Shown: positions 45,595-55,335 of the stretch, one piece after another
Numbering within the stretch: the first letter of the stretch is position 1
How the letters are laid out: each line of letters begins with the position of its first letter
DNA from: an uncultured Actinomycetes bacterium
GTDB lineage: Bacteria > Actinomycetota > Thermoleophilia > Gaiellales > JAICJC01
DNA: 64,000 nt
Direction of reading: 5' to 3'
NCBI GenBank assembly: GCA_963723785.1
Contig: CAVRSB010000024.1
Location: 3,288 to 67,287 of the forward strand
Translations under genes and position numbers: made by a program
Notes under the pieces: model-generated
What the model was told of the DNA's origin: nothing
The model's input: only the letters and a program-made list of their open reading frames with translations
Database searches by the model: none

Positions 45595-46097
45595 TCGCCG
45601 CGACGGCTGCGGCCTGCTCGGGAGGATCCGGGAGCGGATCCAGCGCGCCCACCGCCTCCTCCAGCGGCCCGGCCCAGCCCACCTACACGATCGCCAAGCC
45701 CGGCACCGAGCTGCACCTGGGCGATATCTCGGTGCGGATCATGAAGATCGAGTGGCGCCGCCACGTGGATGTCCAAGTCGAGCTTCCCGGCACCCGTGTG
45801 TACGCGATCGTGCGCCTGCGGGTGGCGAACACCGGCGACACGCCGGGGACGATCACGCCCACCCAGTTCTGGCTCCTGGACAGCAACCGTCGCGAGTTCC
45901 TGAGCGCACTCAAGCCCGACGTGCCCGATCCGCTGGTGGGACGCACGGTCAAGCCGGGCGCCGCGGTGGCCGGACAGCTCGTGTTCGGCGTCCCCCACCG
46001 AATCCTGTCAGGCTCGGTGCTCGTGTATCAGTTCAAGGACGCCCGCGCGATCGCCGCCGCCACCCACGTCGGCCTCGTCCAATTCGTCCCGAAATGA
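45591..46097 (+). CDS. DUF4352-like secreted lipoprotein (true start probably upstream of 45591)
   Basis: The lipobox is IAATAAACSGG, and the in-frame upstream sequence RRIAATALV would complete a signal peptide. The beta-rich body contains VYAIVRLRVANTG. Confidence 0.55.
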   Translation: MIAATAAACSGGSGSGSSAPTASSSGPAQPTYTIAKPGTELHLGDISVRIMKIEWRRHVDVQVELPGTRVYAIVRLRVANTGDTPGTITPTQFWLLDSNRREFLSALKPDVPDPLVGRTVKPGAAVAGQLVFGVPHRILSGSVLVYQFKDARAIAAATHVGLVQFVPK

Positions 46098-46100
46098 CCG

Positions 46101-46133
46101 GTGAATAATTGGTGCCTGGCACCAATTATTCAT
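46101..46133. repeat. AT-rich palindrome family, copy 5 (near consensus): GTGAATAATTGGTGCC-T-GGCACCAATTATTCAT
   Basis: Read directly from the sequence. It lies between the convergent DUF4352 gene and lysA, and the lysA TAA stop (46126-46128) is inside the right arm. Confidence 0.95.
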
Positions 46134-47407
46134 CTCTGCTGAGGAGGTCGGCGATGGTTTCGCGGCGGACGATCTGGCGGGCGGTGCCGTCCTCAACCAT
46201 GACCGCGGCCGGACGGGGGATGGCGTTGTAGTTGGAGGCCATGCTGGCCGTGTAGGCCCCGGTGGCCGCCACCGCCAGCACATCGCCGGCCGTCAGCCGG
46301 GGCAGCTCCGCCTCCTCAATCAGCACGTCGCCGGTCTCGCAGTGCTTGCCCGCGATCGCGTACGTGACCTGCGCGGGGGCATCGGCCCGGTCGGCCACCA
46401 GCGCCTGGTACTTGGCGGCGTACAGCGTCGGCCGGGGGTTGTCGGACATGCCGCCGTCGACGGCGGCGTAGGTGGTGCCGCTTTCCACCTGCTTGATCGC
46501 ACCGACCGAGTACAGCGTGATCCCGGTCGGGCCGACGATCGAACGGCCCGGCTCCAGCACCAGCTCGGGCAGTGGCAGTCCCCTGGCAGCCATCGCCTCG
46601 GCCACCGACAGCACGATCTCGGTCACCCCGGTGGCGATGTCCGGCACCTGCTCACCGGTCGTGTGTGCTACCGCCAGCCCGCCGCCGAGGTCGAGCACCT
46701 CCAGCTCTCCCAGACCGTTCTGGTCGATCAGGTTGGCCAGCCACCCGACCGCCGCCAGATACGTCCGCAGGTCGCGAATCTGAGAGCCCAGATGCACGTG
46801 CAGGCCGGCCGGCGCCAGATGGTCGAGGGTGGCCGCCCGGTCGAGCGCATCCAAGGCGTCTGCCGGCGCGAAACCGAACTTGGAGTCGCTGTGGCCGGTC
46901 ACGATCTTCTTGTGGGTGTCGGCGGTGATGCCGGGGGTGACCCGCACCAGCACCCGCTGCACCACCCCGTGGGCGGCGGCGATCCGATCGAGTTGGTCGA
47001 GCTCCCCCGGGTGATCCAGCACCACCAGGCCGCAACCCACCCGCACCGCCGCATCCAAATCGGCATCGGACTTGTTGTTTCCGTGCACGATCACCGACGC
47101 CGGATCGGCACCGGCGGCCAGCGCAGCGGCCAGCTCCCCCTCGGAGGCGACGTCGGCACCGATGCCCTGAGCCAGCACCTCGCGCAGCACCCCGACGGTC
47201 GAGTTGGCCTTGCAGGCAAACACCGCCCGGGCAGTTCCCGGGTAGGCATCCAGCGCACTCGACATATGCCCGTGCACGAGCCCGCAGAGCGTCGCGGTCA
47301 TACACCTGTAGCGGTGTGCCGTACTCCTCGGCCAGGTCGGCCATGTCCACCCCACCGACGCGCAGGCGGCCGTCCACGACCTCGGCTGTTTGGGGCAGGA
47401 TCTCCAT
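46126..47407 (-). CDS. lysA: Diaminopimelate decarboxylase (one frameshift near 47300)
   Basis: The blocks are FACKANS, HVHLGSQ, DLGGGL, EPGRSIVG and CETGD. The N-terminus MEILPQTAEVVDGRLRVGG lies in another frame (ATG at 47407). Confidence 0.9.
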
Positions 47408-47473
47408 CACCGCGATGCTATCCGCCGCCGGGGCAGGGGCGCTCCACGGTGGTCGCCGGGTATTCTCCTCGCC

Positions 47474-48973
47474 GTGTCCAAGCGAGTACTCATCGTCGGT
47501 TGGGACGGAGCCGATTGGGAGATCCTCGACCCGATGCTCGAGGCCGGAGCGCTCCCCAACCTGGCCGCATTGATCGCCCGCGGCCATCGCGGCGTGTCGC
47601 GATCGTGTATCCCCTCCCATTCCTGGGCGGCCTGGCCGACCTTCCTGACGGGTGTTGATCCCGCCGGCCACGGAGTGTTCGACATCCTCGAGCACAAGCC
47701 GGGCGCGAGCCGGCGGCTGCCGGTGTCGTCCCACTCGATTCTGGCGCCCACATGGCCGCAGCGGATGACCGAGGCCGACCGCACGACGCTGCTCGTGAAC
47801 GTGCCGCTGACCTATCCGGCGCCCGAGATCAAGGGCGTCGCCATCGCCGGCGGGGTGATTCCCGGTAATACCGCGTTCAGCCACCCGCCCGAGGCCGGCC
47901 CGGCTGTCGACTGGCCGATCAACGGCGGTTCCTGGACGACCTTCCGCGGCCGCCCGGTGGAACTCGTCGACGACGTCGAGCGCGTCACCCAGGCACGGGC
48001 AAAGGCGATGCGCACGCTGATGGACACCAACGAGTGGGACGTGGCCTGCATGGTGTTCGTCTCGCCCGACCGCATCCAGCACTGCCTGATGGAGTACGTC
48101 CACCCCGGCCACCCCGACTTCGCCGAAGCGTCACAGACGCCCACCGCCGACCGTGTCCGGGGCGTGTACCGGTTGCTCGACCGTGAGCTGGGTACGCTGG
48201 TCGAGCGCACCGGGCCGGACGACCTGATCATGCTGATGTCGGACCACGGCCACCAACCGGTCACCCGGGCGCTGAATATGAATCGCGTGCTGCAGGAGCT
48301 CGGCTACCTCAAGCTGGCCCGCGGCTCGGGCCTGGTCGGATTGCTGGCCTGGGGCCGCCTGCGGTCGATCGCGCGAGTCGTGTACGACAAGCTGGGGCTG
48401 CACGGCAAGGTGGCGGTGCCCACGCCCGCCCCCGACTGGGCACACACCCGCGCCTACACCAGCGTCGTTTCGACCGGCGAGGGCGTCTCGATCGCCCTGC
48501 AGGGGCGCGAGCCCGAGGGGATCGTGCCGCCCGAGCAGTACGAGCAGGTGCGTGACCAGCTGGCCGAGGCACTGCTGGCATTCACCGACCCCGACACCGG
48601 CGCACACCCGATCAAGTCGGTGCGCCGGCGCGAGGAGGTGCTCCACGGCGCCTACCTCGACCGCGCCCCGGACCTGCTGCTGGAGGCCGCCCCGCTGTAT
48701 TCGCTCACCCACGCCCGGTCGCTGGTGGAGCCGGCCGACTGGCTGTCGGGCGATCACCGTCCCGAGGGCGTGTACGTCGCTACCGAGTCCAGCCTGACCA
48801 CCGCCCGCGGTGAGGAGATCTCGCTGCAGGACTTCGCCGCGATGATCCTGGCCGAAGCCGGCGTGGGATCCGAGCATTCGGCCGAATCCGAAAGCAGCGG
48901 GGATCCCGTCTACAGCGATGAAGAGCAGGCCGAAGTGGAGCAGCGCCTGCGCGAGCTCGGATACCTCGAGTGA
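47474..48973 (+). CDS. Alkaline-phosphatase-superfamily phosphodiesterase / nucleotide pyrophosphatase family protein
   Basis: Intact from GTG at 47474, with LIVGWDGADWEIL, SHSWAAWPTFLTGVDPAGHGVF and LMSDHGH. It is a paralogue of 14447..15783. Confidence 0.75.
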   Translation: MSKRVLIVGWDGADWEILDPMLEAGALPNLAALIARGHRGVSRSCIPSHSWAAWPTFLTGVDPAGHGVFDILEHKPGASRRLPVSSHSILAPTWPQRMTEADRTTLLVNVPLTYPAPEIKGVAIAGGVIPGNTAFSHPPEAGPAVDWPINGGSWTTFRGRPVELVDDVERVTQARAKAMRTLMDTNEWDVACMVFVSPDRIQHCLMEYVHPGHPDFAEASQTPTADRVRGVYRLLDRELGTLVERTGPDDLIMLMSDHGHQPVTRALNMNRVLQELGYLKLARGSGLVGLLAWGRLRSIARVVYDKLGLHGKVAVPTPAPDWAHTRAYTSVVSTGEGVSIALQGREPEGIVPPEQYEQVRDQLAEALLAFTDPDTGAHPIKSVRRREEVLHGAYLDRAPDLLLEAAPLYSLTHARSLVEPADWLSGDHRPEGVYVATESSLTTARGEEISLQDFAAMILAEAGVGSEHSAESESSGDPVYSDEEQAEVEQRLRELGYLE

Positions 48974-50457
48974 CCGCGCCCCGCTCCGGGGGCGACCATC
49001 GCACGATCCTGACCGGCACGATCGCCAACGTCGTCGGCCTGTTGGTCGGAGTGGCGGCCGCCTTCGGCGTGCAGGCACTGCTCGGGCGAGGGCTGCCGTC
49101 CGGCGGGCTGGGTGTGGTCACACTGGCGGTTCAGGTCGCGTTCGTGGCCTCGGCCGGCGGCCGATTCGGCATGGACATGACCGCCATCCGCCGAGTCGCA
49201 ATCGACTCCTCCGAGGACCAGACCGCCTACCTGCGCAGCCTGATCGACCGAGCGACCTTGATCGCGATCGCGGCCTCCACCCTGCTGGCCGTAGTGGTGG
49301 CCGCCGCAGCGCTTGCCAGCGACCAGTACCACACGGTCGCTGTGGCGGCCACGGCCATCCCTGCGATCGCCGCCGCCAACGTGTATCTGGGAGCCAGCCG
49401 AGGCCTTCGCCTGATGAAGCCCACGCTGTGGGTGTTCTGGATCGGCCAGCCGGTGCTGTGGATTGCCACCGCGGGTGTGGCGATCGCGCTGGGTGGAGGA
49501 GTCAACGCCGCCGCCGCCTCCTACACGGTCTCCTGGGTGGTGGCCGCGATCGCCGCGCGCATCTGGTGGATGCGCCTGTCTGCCGGCATGGGCGATCAGC
49601 GGGCGACCCGCGAGCAGGTGCGCGAGGCGCTGCGCTACGGCCTGCCGCGAGCGCCGTCGGCACTGTTCGCGCAGGCGCTGTTCTGGGCCGACCTGTTCGT
49701 CCTGGGGCACTACATCCGCGGCCAGAAGCTTGACGCCTATGCCGCCGCGGGCCGCGTGTCCCAGGTGCTGCTGCTGTTCGTGGTCTCGACCAGCCTGATC
49801 TTCTCGCCGTTTGCGGCCGAGCTCCACGCCCGCGGTGATACCGAGCGGCTCGACCATCTGTTCAAGGACGCCACCCGGTGGGCGGTGGCCGCCACCCTGC
49901 CGATCCTGATCATCCTGTTCGTGGCCGCCGACGACGTCCTGCGGGTGTTCGGATCGGGCCTGCAGGTCGGCTCGACGCCGCTTCGGATCATGCTGGTCGG
50001 CCAGGCCGTGAATGTCGCCACCGGAAGCGTCGCAGCGGTGCTCATCATCGTGGGCCGCACCGGCCTCGATCTGGTCGACAACCTGGTCGCGAACATCCTG
50101 CTGGTGGGGATCGCACTGCTGCTGGTGTCCAAGTACGGGCCGACCGGCGCCGCGATCGCCTCGGCGGTGGCAATCGCGGGCGTCAACCTGCTGCGGGTCG
50201 CCCAGGTGAACCGGCACGTCAAGATCCAGCCGTTCGCCCGCTCGCAGCTACCGCTGGCGGTGCCGGCCGTGGTGTGCCTGGCGGTGGCGCTGGCGGTGCA
50301 CTGGCTGACGGGCGATTTGGTGTGGTGGGTGACGCTTCTGGCGACCGCCGGTTCTGGCATGATCGCCTACGCACTCTTGATCGTGCCCGCCCTCCCGGCA
50401 AACGAACGAACGGTGATCCGGCGGCGACTGCGCGCCGTCGGCCGCACCTCCCCGTAG
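48970..50457 (+). CDS. MOP-superfamily (Wzx/polysaccharide biosynthesis protein) flippase
   Basis: Intact 495-aa ORF with about 12-14 predicted TM helices. The GTG start overlaps the upstream stop. Confidence 0.7.
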   Translation: MTAPRSGGDHRTILTGTIANVVGLLVGVAAAFGVQALLGRGLPSGGLGVVTLAVQVAFVASAGGRFGMDMTAIRRVAIDSSEDQTAYLRSLIDRATLIAIAASTLLAVVVAAAALASDQYHTVAVAATAIPAIAAANVYLGASRGLRLMKPTLWVFWIGQPVLWIATAGVAIALGGGVNAAAASYTVSWVVAAIAARIWWMRLSAGMGDQRATREQVREALRYGLPRAPSALFAQALFWADLFVLGHYIRGQKLDAYAAAGRVSQVLLLFVVSTSLIFSPFAAELHARGDTERLDHLFKDATRWAVAATLPILIILFVAADDVLRVFGSGLQVGSTPLRIMLVGQAVNVATGSVAAVLIIVGRTGLDLVDNLVANILLVGIALLLVSKYGPTGAAIASAVAIAGVNLLRVAQVNRHVKIQPFARSQLPLAVPAVVCLAVALAVHWLTGDLVWWVTLLATAGSGMIAYALLIVPALPANERTVIRRRLRAVGRTSP

Positions 50458-50495
50458 TATCTGCCACAACCAATCGACCTTTGGAGCACCTGAAC

Positions 50496-51678
50496 ATGCG
50501 TGTACTCATCCTCGGTGGCGACGGGTATCTCGGCTGGCCCACCGCAATGCGATTCTCCGGCAAGGGCCACGATGTCGCCGTCGTCGACAATTTCAACAGG
50601 CGCCGCTGGGTCGAGGGTCAGGGCGGCGATTCGCTGACGCCGATCGCGACGCTGACCGAGCGAGTGGCGGCATGGCGCGAGGTGTCGGGGAAGACCATCG
50701 ACGTGCACGTGGGCGACATCGCCGAGGGCACCTTCGTAGCCGACATCGTGCGCGACTATGCCCCCGACACGATCATCCACTACGGCGAGCAGCCGTCGGC
50801 GCCGTGGTCGATGCAGTCGCATCGACAACGCCGTCGAGACGCAGCAGGACAACGTGATCGGCACGCTCAAGCTGCTGTGGGCGATGCGCGAGCACGCGCC
50901 CGACGCGCACCTGATCAAGCTCGGGACGATGGGCGAGTACGGCACGCCCAACATCGACATCGAAGAGGGCTTCATCGAGATCGAGCACAACGGCCGCCGC
51001 GACGTGCTGCCGTTCCCCAAGGTACCGGGCTCGCTCTACCACCTGTCCAAGGTGCACGACTCGCACAACATGCACTTCGGCTGCCGCGTGTGGGGCCTGC
51101 GGGCGACCGACCTCAACCAGGGCGTGGTGTACGGCATCGAGACGCCCGAAACCAAGCTGGACGACCGGCTGGCGACCCGATTCGACTATGACGAGTCGTT
51201 CGGCACCGCACTCAACCGGTTCTGCGTGCAGGCCGTGATCGGACACCCACTGACGGTGTACGGCAAGGGCGGCCAGACCCGCGGGTTCCTCAACATCGTC
51301 GACACGCTGCAGTGCGTGGAGCTGACCGCGGACAACCCGGCCGGGCGCCGGCGAGTACCGGGTGTTCAACCAGTTCACCGAGGTAGTTCACCGTCGGCCG
51401 ACCTGGCCGAGAAGGTGCGGCATGCGGGCGGAGAGATCGGGATCGAGGTGCAGGTGCAGAACCTCACCAACCCGCGGTTCGAGGCCGAGGAGCACTACTA
51501 CAACCCGACCCACACGCGGCTGCCCTCGCTGGGGCTTCAGCCGACCCTGCTTTCGGAGACGCTGATCGAATCCACCCTGGGCGTCATCGACCGATACAAG
51601 TCGCGCGTGATCGCCGGCGTGATCGACCCGTCCACCCGGTGGCAGTCGTCGCCGCTGGCAGGTCAGCCGGCTCGGTAG
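50496..51678 (+). CDS. sqdB: UDP-sulfoquinovose synthase (SQD1/SqdB type), frameshifted near 50800 and twice near 51350-51400
   Basis: Long near-identical blocks to plant and cyanobacterial SQD1, from memory: GGDGYLGWPTA, SLTPIA, KLGTMGEYGTPNIDIEEG, YHLSKVHDS, ATDLNQGVVYG, FGTALNRFCVQA, TVYGKGGQTRGF, VFNQFTE and NPRFEAEEHYYN. GGAG lies 9 nt before the ATG. Confidence 0.9.
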
Positions 51679-51682
51679 CTCC

Positions 51683-52735
51683 GTGGGGTTGACGCCACTT
51701 CGATGGGTGGGCCTGATCGTAGCGATCGTGTTCGCCGTGTTGTCGATCCGCTCCTACCGTCAGGGCAAGATCGGAAACGGCGACCTGCTGGTGCGGATGG
51801 TCGTGTTCGTGCTCCCGCTGCTGGTGCTGTCGTTGGTGCCCGGCGCGCTCAGCTGGGTGTTCGACGAGCTGTCGTTCCGCAAGGGCGGCGGCCGCCAGAT
51901 CATCGGCGCCACGGTGCTCGCGGTCGGCATCCTGTACCTGTTTGCCTTCACTCTGGCCGGCCGCAACGAGCGCGTCCGGCGCGATCTCACGCGCCTGATC
52001 GAGAACCTCGCACTGGAGCAGTTCCGCGGTACCGGCCACCCCGAGCAGTTCGCCGAAGGGGTGGCGGTGGTGGTGCCGGCCTACAACGAGGCCGACAACA
52101 TCGGCCACGTGCTGTCGGCGCTGCCGGAAGAGGTGTGCGGCAAGGCGCTGCATGTGATCGTGATCGATGACGGCTCGTCCGACGACACCACCGACCGGGC
52201 GCGGGCAGCGGGCGCGGCGGCGGTGCGGCTGCCGCTCAACCGCGGCCAGGGCGCAGCGCTTCGCACCGGGTATCGGCTGGCGCTGATCACCGGGGCCGAC
52301 GTGGTGGTGACCATGGACGCTGACGGCCAGCATCAACCGTCGGAGCTGTCGCGGCTGGTCGCCCCGATCGTGGCCGACGAGGCCGACGTGGTCAACGGCT
52401 CACGGGTGCTGGGCGATGCCGATCCGTCTCACGCCGCCAGGGAGATGGGCATCAAGCTGTTCGCCCAGCTGCTGTCGCTGCTGACGTGGAGCAAGATCAC
52501 CGACCCGGCCTGCGGGTATCGCGCGGTGCGCACCGAGGCCCTGCGCGGCCTGGAGTTCCGCCAGGATCAGTTCCACAACTCGGAGTTCATCATCGAGGCC
52601 TCCAAGCAGAAGCTGCGCATGATCGAGGTGCCGGTCACCGTCGCCCGGCGGCTGTCGGGCACGTCCAAGAAGCCGGCGCACTTCCGCTACGGGATGGGCT
52701 TTGCCAATGCGCTGGTGCGAGCGTGGCTCCGGTAG
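51683..52735 (+). CDS. GT2-family glycosyltransferase with N-terminal 3-TM (DUF2304-like) extension
   Basis: Intact 350-aa ORF with VVVPAYNEADNI, VIDDGSSDDT and TMDADGQH. Confidence 0.85.
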   Translation: MGLTPLRWVGLIVAIVFAVLSIRSYRQGKIGNGDLLVRMVVFVLPLLVLSLVPGALSWVFDELSFRKGGGRQIIGATVLAVGILYLFAFTLAGRNERVRRDLTRLIENLALEQFRGTGHPEQFAEGVAVVVPAYNEADNIGHVLSALPEEVCGKALHVIVIDDGSSDDTTDRARAAGAAAVRLPLNRGQGAALRTGYRLALITGADVVVTMDADGQHQPSELSRLVAPIVADEADVVNGSRVLGDADPSHAAREMGIKLFAQLLSLLTWSKITDPACGYRAVRTEALRGLEFRQDQFHNSEFIIEASKQKLRMIEVPVTVARRLSGTSKKPAHFRYGMGFANALVRAWLR

Positions 52736-53661
52736 CTCGCGGTCCGGTCGTCCACTGGGACGACGTCACCCCGCGCACGCGTGAGGTCGGCTACATCAAG
52801 GCCGACTGGTCGGCATCTCGGCTACAAGGCGGGCAGCGTCACCGTCGGCGCCAACCGGCTGCAGATCCCACCCGGCCGCATGCCCAACCCGCCCCACCTG
52901 CACGGAGCCGAGGAAGAGATCTTCTACGTGCTGTCCGGATCGGGGCTCTCATGGCAGGACGGCGAGACGTTCGAGGTGCGGGCCGGCGACTGCATCGTGC
53001 ACGTGGCCAACACCAAGGCGCACACGCTCCGCGGCGGTGACGACGGTCTGGACGTGCTGGTGTTCGGTCAGCGGGTGCCGGTGGAGCTGTGCAACCTGCC
53101 CAGGGCGGAGACCGGCTGGCTGGGTCCCCGCTGGGTGCCGACAGCGGGGCCCGATCCCTGGCACGCAGACGCCGAGCTCGGGCCGCCCGACTTCCCCGCG
53201 CCCAGCCCTCGGCCCAGCAACATCGTGAACGTCGCCGATGCACACGGTGACCGACGATCAGCGCGAGACGGTGGGCCGGAAGGTCAGGCGGCTCGGGAGC
53301 CGAGGCAGGGTCGGCCAAAACCGGGCTGCGGCACGTCGAGGTGACCCCGGCAAGCTCAACGGCCCGCCCCACTGCCACTCGGCGGAGGAGGAGCTGATGG
53401 TCGTGCTGGGCGGGGAGGGAACACTGCTTCTGGGCGACGACGAGATCGCGGTGCGCGCCGGCAGCGTGGTGTCGCGGCCGGCCGGCACCGGGCGTCGCCC
53501 ATGCCTTCCGCGGCGGCGAGCAGGGACTCGAGCTGCTGCTGTACGGCACCCGCGATACCAACGACATCGCCTACTTCCCCCGCTCCGGCAAGATCTCGCT
53601 GCGCGGGATCGGCATCACCGGCCGGATCGAGCCGCTCGGCTACTGGGACGGCGAGGAATGA
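52723..53661 (+). CDS. Bicupin protein, frameshifted
   Basis: There are two cupin cores: PPHLHGAEEEIFYVLSGSG..VRAGDCIV and PPHCHSAEEELMVVLGGEG..VRAGSVV. It ends ..GYWDGEE with a TGA at 53659-53661. Confidence 0.6.
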
Positions 53662-53685
53662 GTAGCGCGCTCGAGAGCGCTACTC
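53660..53685. terminator. Unique GC-rich hairpin (9-bp arms GAGTAGCGC/GCGCTACTC) between convergent genes, containing both stop codons
   Basis: The inverted repeat was read directly. TGA 53659-53661 on the plus strand and TAG 53680-53682 on the minus strand fall in or at the arms. Confidence 0.4.
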
Positions 53686-54591
53686 GGTGAAGTACTCCCA
53701 GGTGGCCCGCAGCCCGTCGGCGAGCTGCACCTGCGGCCGGTAGCCGAGCCGCTCGAAGGCCTTGTCGACCAGCGAGTAGTTGCGCTGGATCTCCCCCGCC
53801 CGCGGTGGCTCACGCCGCACATTGGGCTCGCGCCCCGAAACCTCGCCGAGCTTTGCCACCAGCTCGTTCAGGCTGGTCTCCACGCCGCTTGCGAGCTGGA
53901 ACACCTCGCCGCCGATGCCGGGCGTCACGGCGGCCCGCACCAGGCCGTCGGCGAGATCGGTGACGAACACGAAGTCACGCGTCTGGGTGCCGTCGCCGTA
54001 CACCACCAGCTCCTCTCCAGCCAGGATCCGGCGGATGAACAGCGGGATCACGTTGCCCTTGTGGGCCGACCGCGGCCCGAATGCGTTCGAGAACCGCACC
54101 GCCACCGCCTCCAGCCCATAGGCGCCGTGGAAGGCGGAGCAGTAGGCCTCGCCCACCGCCTTGGAGGCGCCGTAGGGGGAGAGCGGCGCGGTCGGCTTGT
54201 CCTCGCTGGCGGGGTAGGCGCCCGCGCCCAGCGGCGCGTTGGAGGACGAGAACACGAACCGGGGCACTCCCGCGCGGTGGGCAGCCCACAGCGCGGTCAC
54301 GGTGCCGCGGGCGTTCACGTCGAAGTTCGCCAGCGGGTCTTCGACCGACTCGATCACACCGGCGCCCGCCGCCAGGTGAAACATGGCGTCGCACCCGTGG
54401 GCGGCCGCGACCAGCGCGTCGAGGTCGCGCACGTCGCCCTGCACGATCTCGGCTCCGGTGCCGTCCAGCAGACCTGCGCCGGCGCTCGACAGGTCGTCGA
54501 ACACCCGCACCTCGTAGCCCCGCTCGGCCAGCAGCCTGACCAGCGTTGACCCAATGAACCCGGCCCCGCCGGTAACCAGCGCTTGACTCAC
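53680..54591 (-). CDS. NAD-dependent sugar epimerase/dehydratase (SDR, UDP-glucose 4-epimerase-like)
   Basis: Intact 303-aa ORF with TGGAGFIGS and YGASK. Confidence 0.85.
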   Translation of the reverse strand: MSQALVTGGAGFIGSTLVRLLAERGYEVRVFDDLSSAGAGLLDGTGAEIVQGDVRDLDALVAAAHGCDAMFHLAAGAGVIESVEDPLANFDVNARGTVTALWAAHRAGVPRFVFSSSNAPLGAGAYPASEDKPTAPLSPYGASKAVGEAYCSAFHGAYGLEAVAVRFSNAFGPRSAHKGNVIPLFIRRILAGEELVVYGDGTQTRDFVFVTDLADGLVRAAVTPGIGGEVFQLASGVETSLNELVAKLGEVSGREPNVRREPPRAGEIQRNYSLVDKAFERLGYRPQVQLADGLRATWEYFTE

Positions 54592-54791
54592 CTACCACCT
54601 CCATCGTGTTCACGGTCGTACTCCCAGCACGGCGCGTTCTCGAACGCCTCGAGGCCGTCGCCGTCCTGTGCCCCAGGCTGCAGCCCGCGTCGCAGCCGAG
54701 GAGCGGCCACTGCGATCACGCCGCCGACCAGCGTGCCGAACGCGAACGTCCGCGCCGCCCGGCCGCGCTTCTTCTGCGTCGGCGGGCTCAC
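54588..54791 (-). CDS. Small hypothetical protein (67 aa) coupled to both neighbours by GTGA overlaps
   Basis: The GTG at 54791 overlaps the upstream stop, and its own TGA overlaps the epimerase GTG. It has one hydrophobic segment (FAFGTLVGGVIAVAA). Confidence 0.3.
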   Translation of the reverse strand: MSPPTQKKRGRAARTFAFGTLVGGVIAVAAPRLRRGLQPGAQDGDGLEAFENAPCWEYDREHDGGGR

Positions 54792-55270
54792 GACGACTCG
54801 CGATAGGCGATGAATCCCGCCAGCAGCAGGCCGAGCACCTGCACGTACAGCCGCGGGTTGCCGCCGACGTGGGCAGCGATCACGATCGCGGCGCAGATGT
54901 ACGACCAGGCCGCGCCCGAGGCGGCGATCCAGCCGGTGGAGTTGGCGCGGTAGTAGCCGCTGAAGCGAAGCGTCACCCGACCGACCACCAGCCCCACGAT
55001 GTACGCCACGATCAGCGTGAAAAACCCAAGCCCCTGATATCCCGCGTACGCCAGCAGGATTCCCAGCCCGGAGCCGGTCAGAAGCGCTGCGGCAACCGCC
55101 CTGGCGGCCTTGTCCGGGCGCAGCGTGACACGGGCCGATCGCGGCTGGCGAGCGCAGTCGCGGCACTTGATGCCGACCGGCGCCATCACCATGCAGTCAG
55201 GACAGATGGGCTTGCCGCAATTCGAGCACGACACCGCCGTCTCGACCTTGGGATGGTTGGCGCAATACAT
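54788..55270 (-). CDS. B-box-type zinc-finger membrane protein
   Basis: It starts MYCANHP..CSNCGKPICPDC..CRDC and continues with about 4 TM helices. ATG at 55270 lies within track ORF 54788..55309. Confidence 0.5.
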   Translation of the reverse strand: MYCANHPKVETAVSCSNCGKPICPDCMVMAPVGIKCRDCARQPRSARVTLRPDKAARAVAAALLTGSGLGILLAYAGYQGLGFFTLIVAYIVGLVVGRVTLRFSGYYRANSTGWIAASGAAWSYICAAIVIAAHVGGNPRLYVQVLGLLLAGFIAYRESS

Positions 55271-55335
55271 GGGTGAGGTGGTCTGGGACACCGTTTGCGA
55301 GTGTAACACCGGCCCCCGCGGCAGCCTTCACCTGG

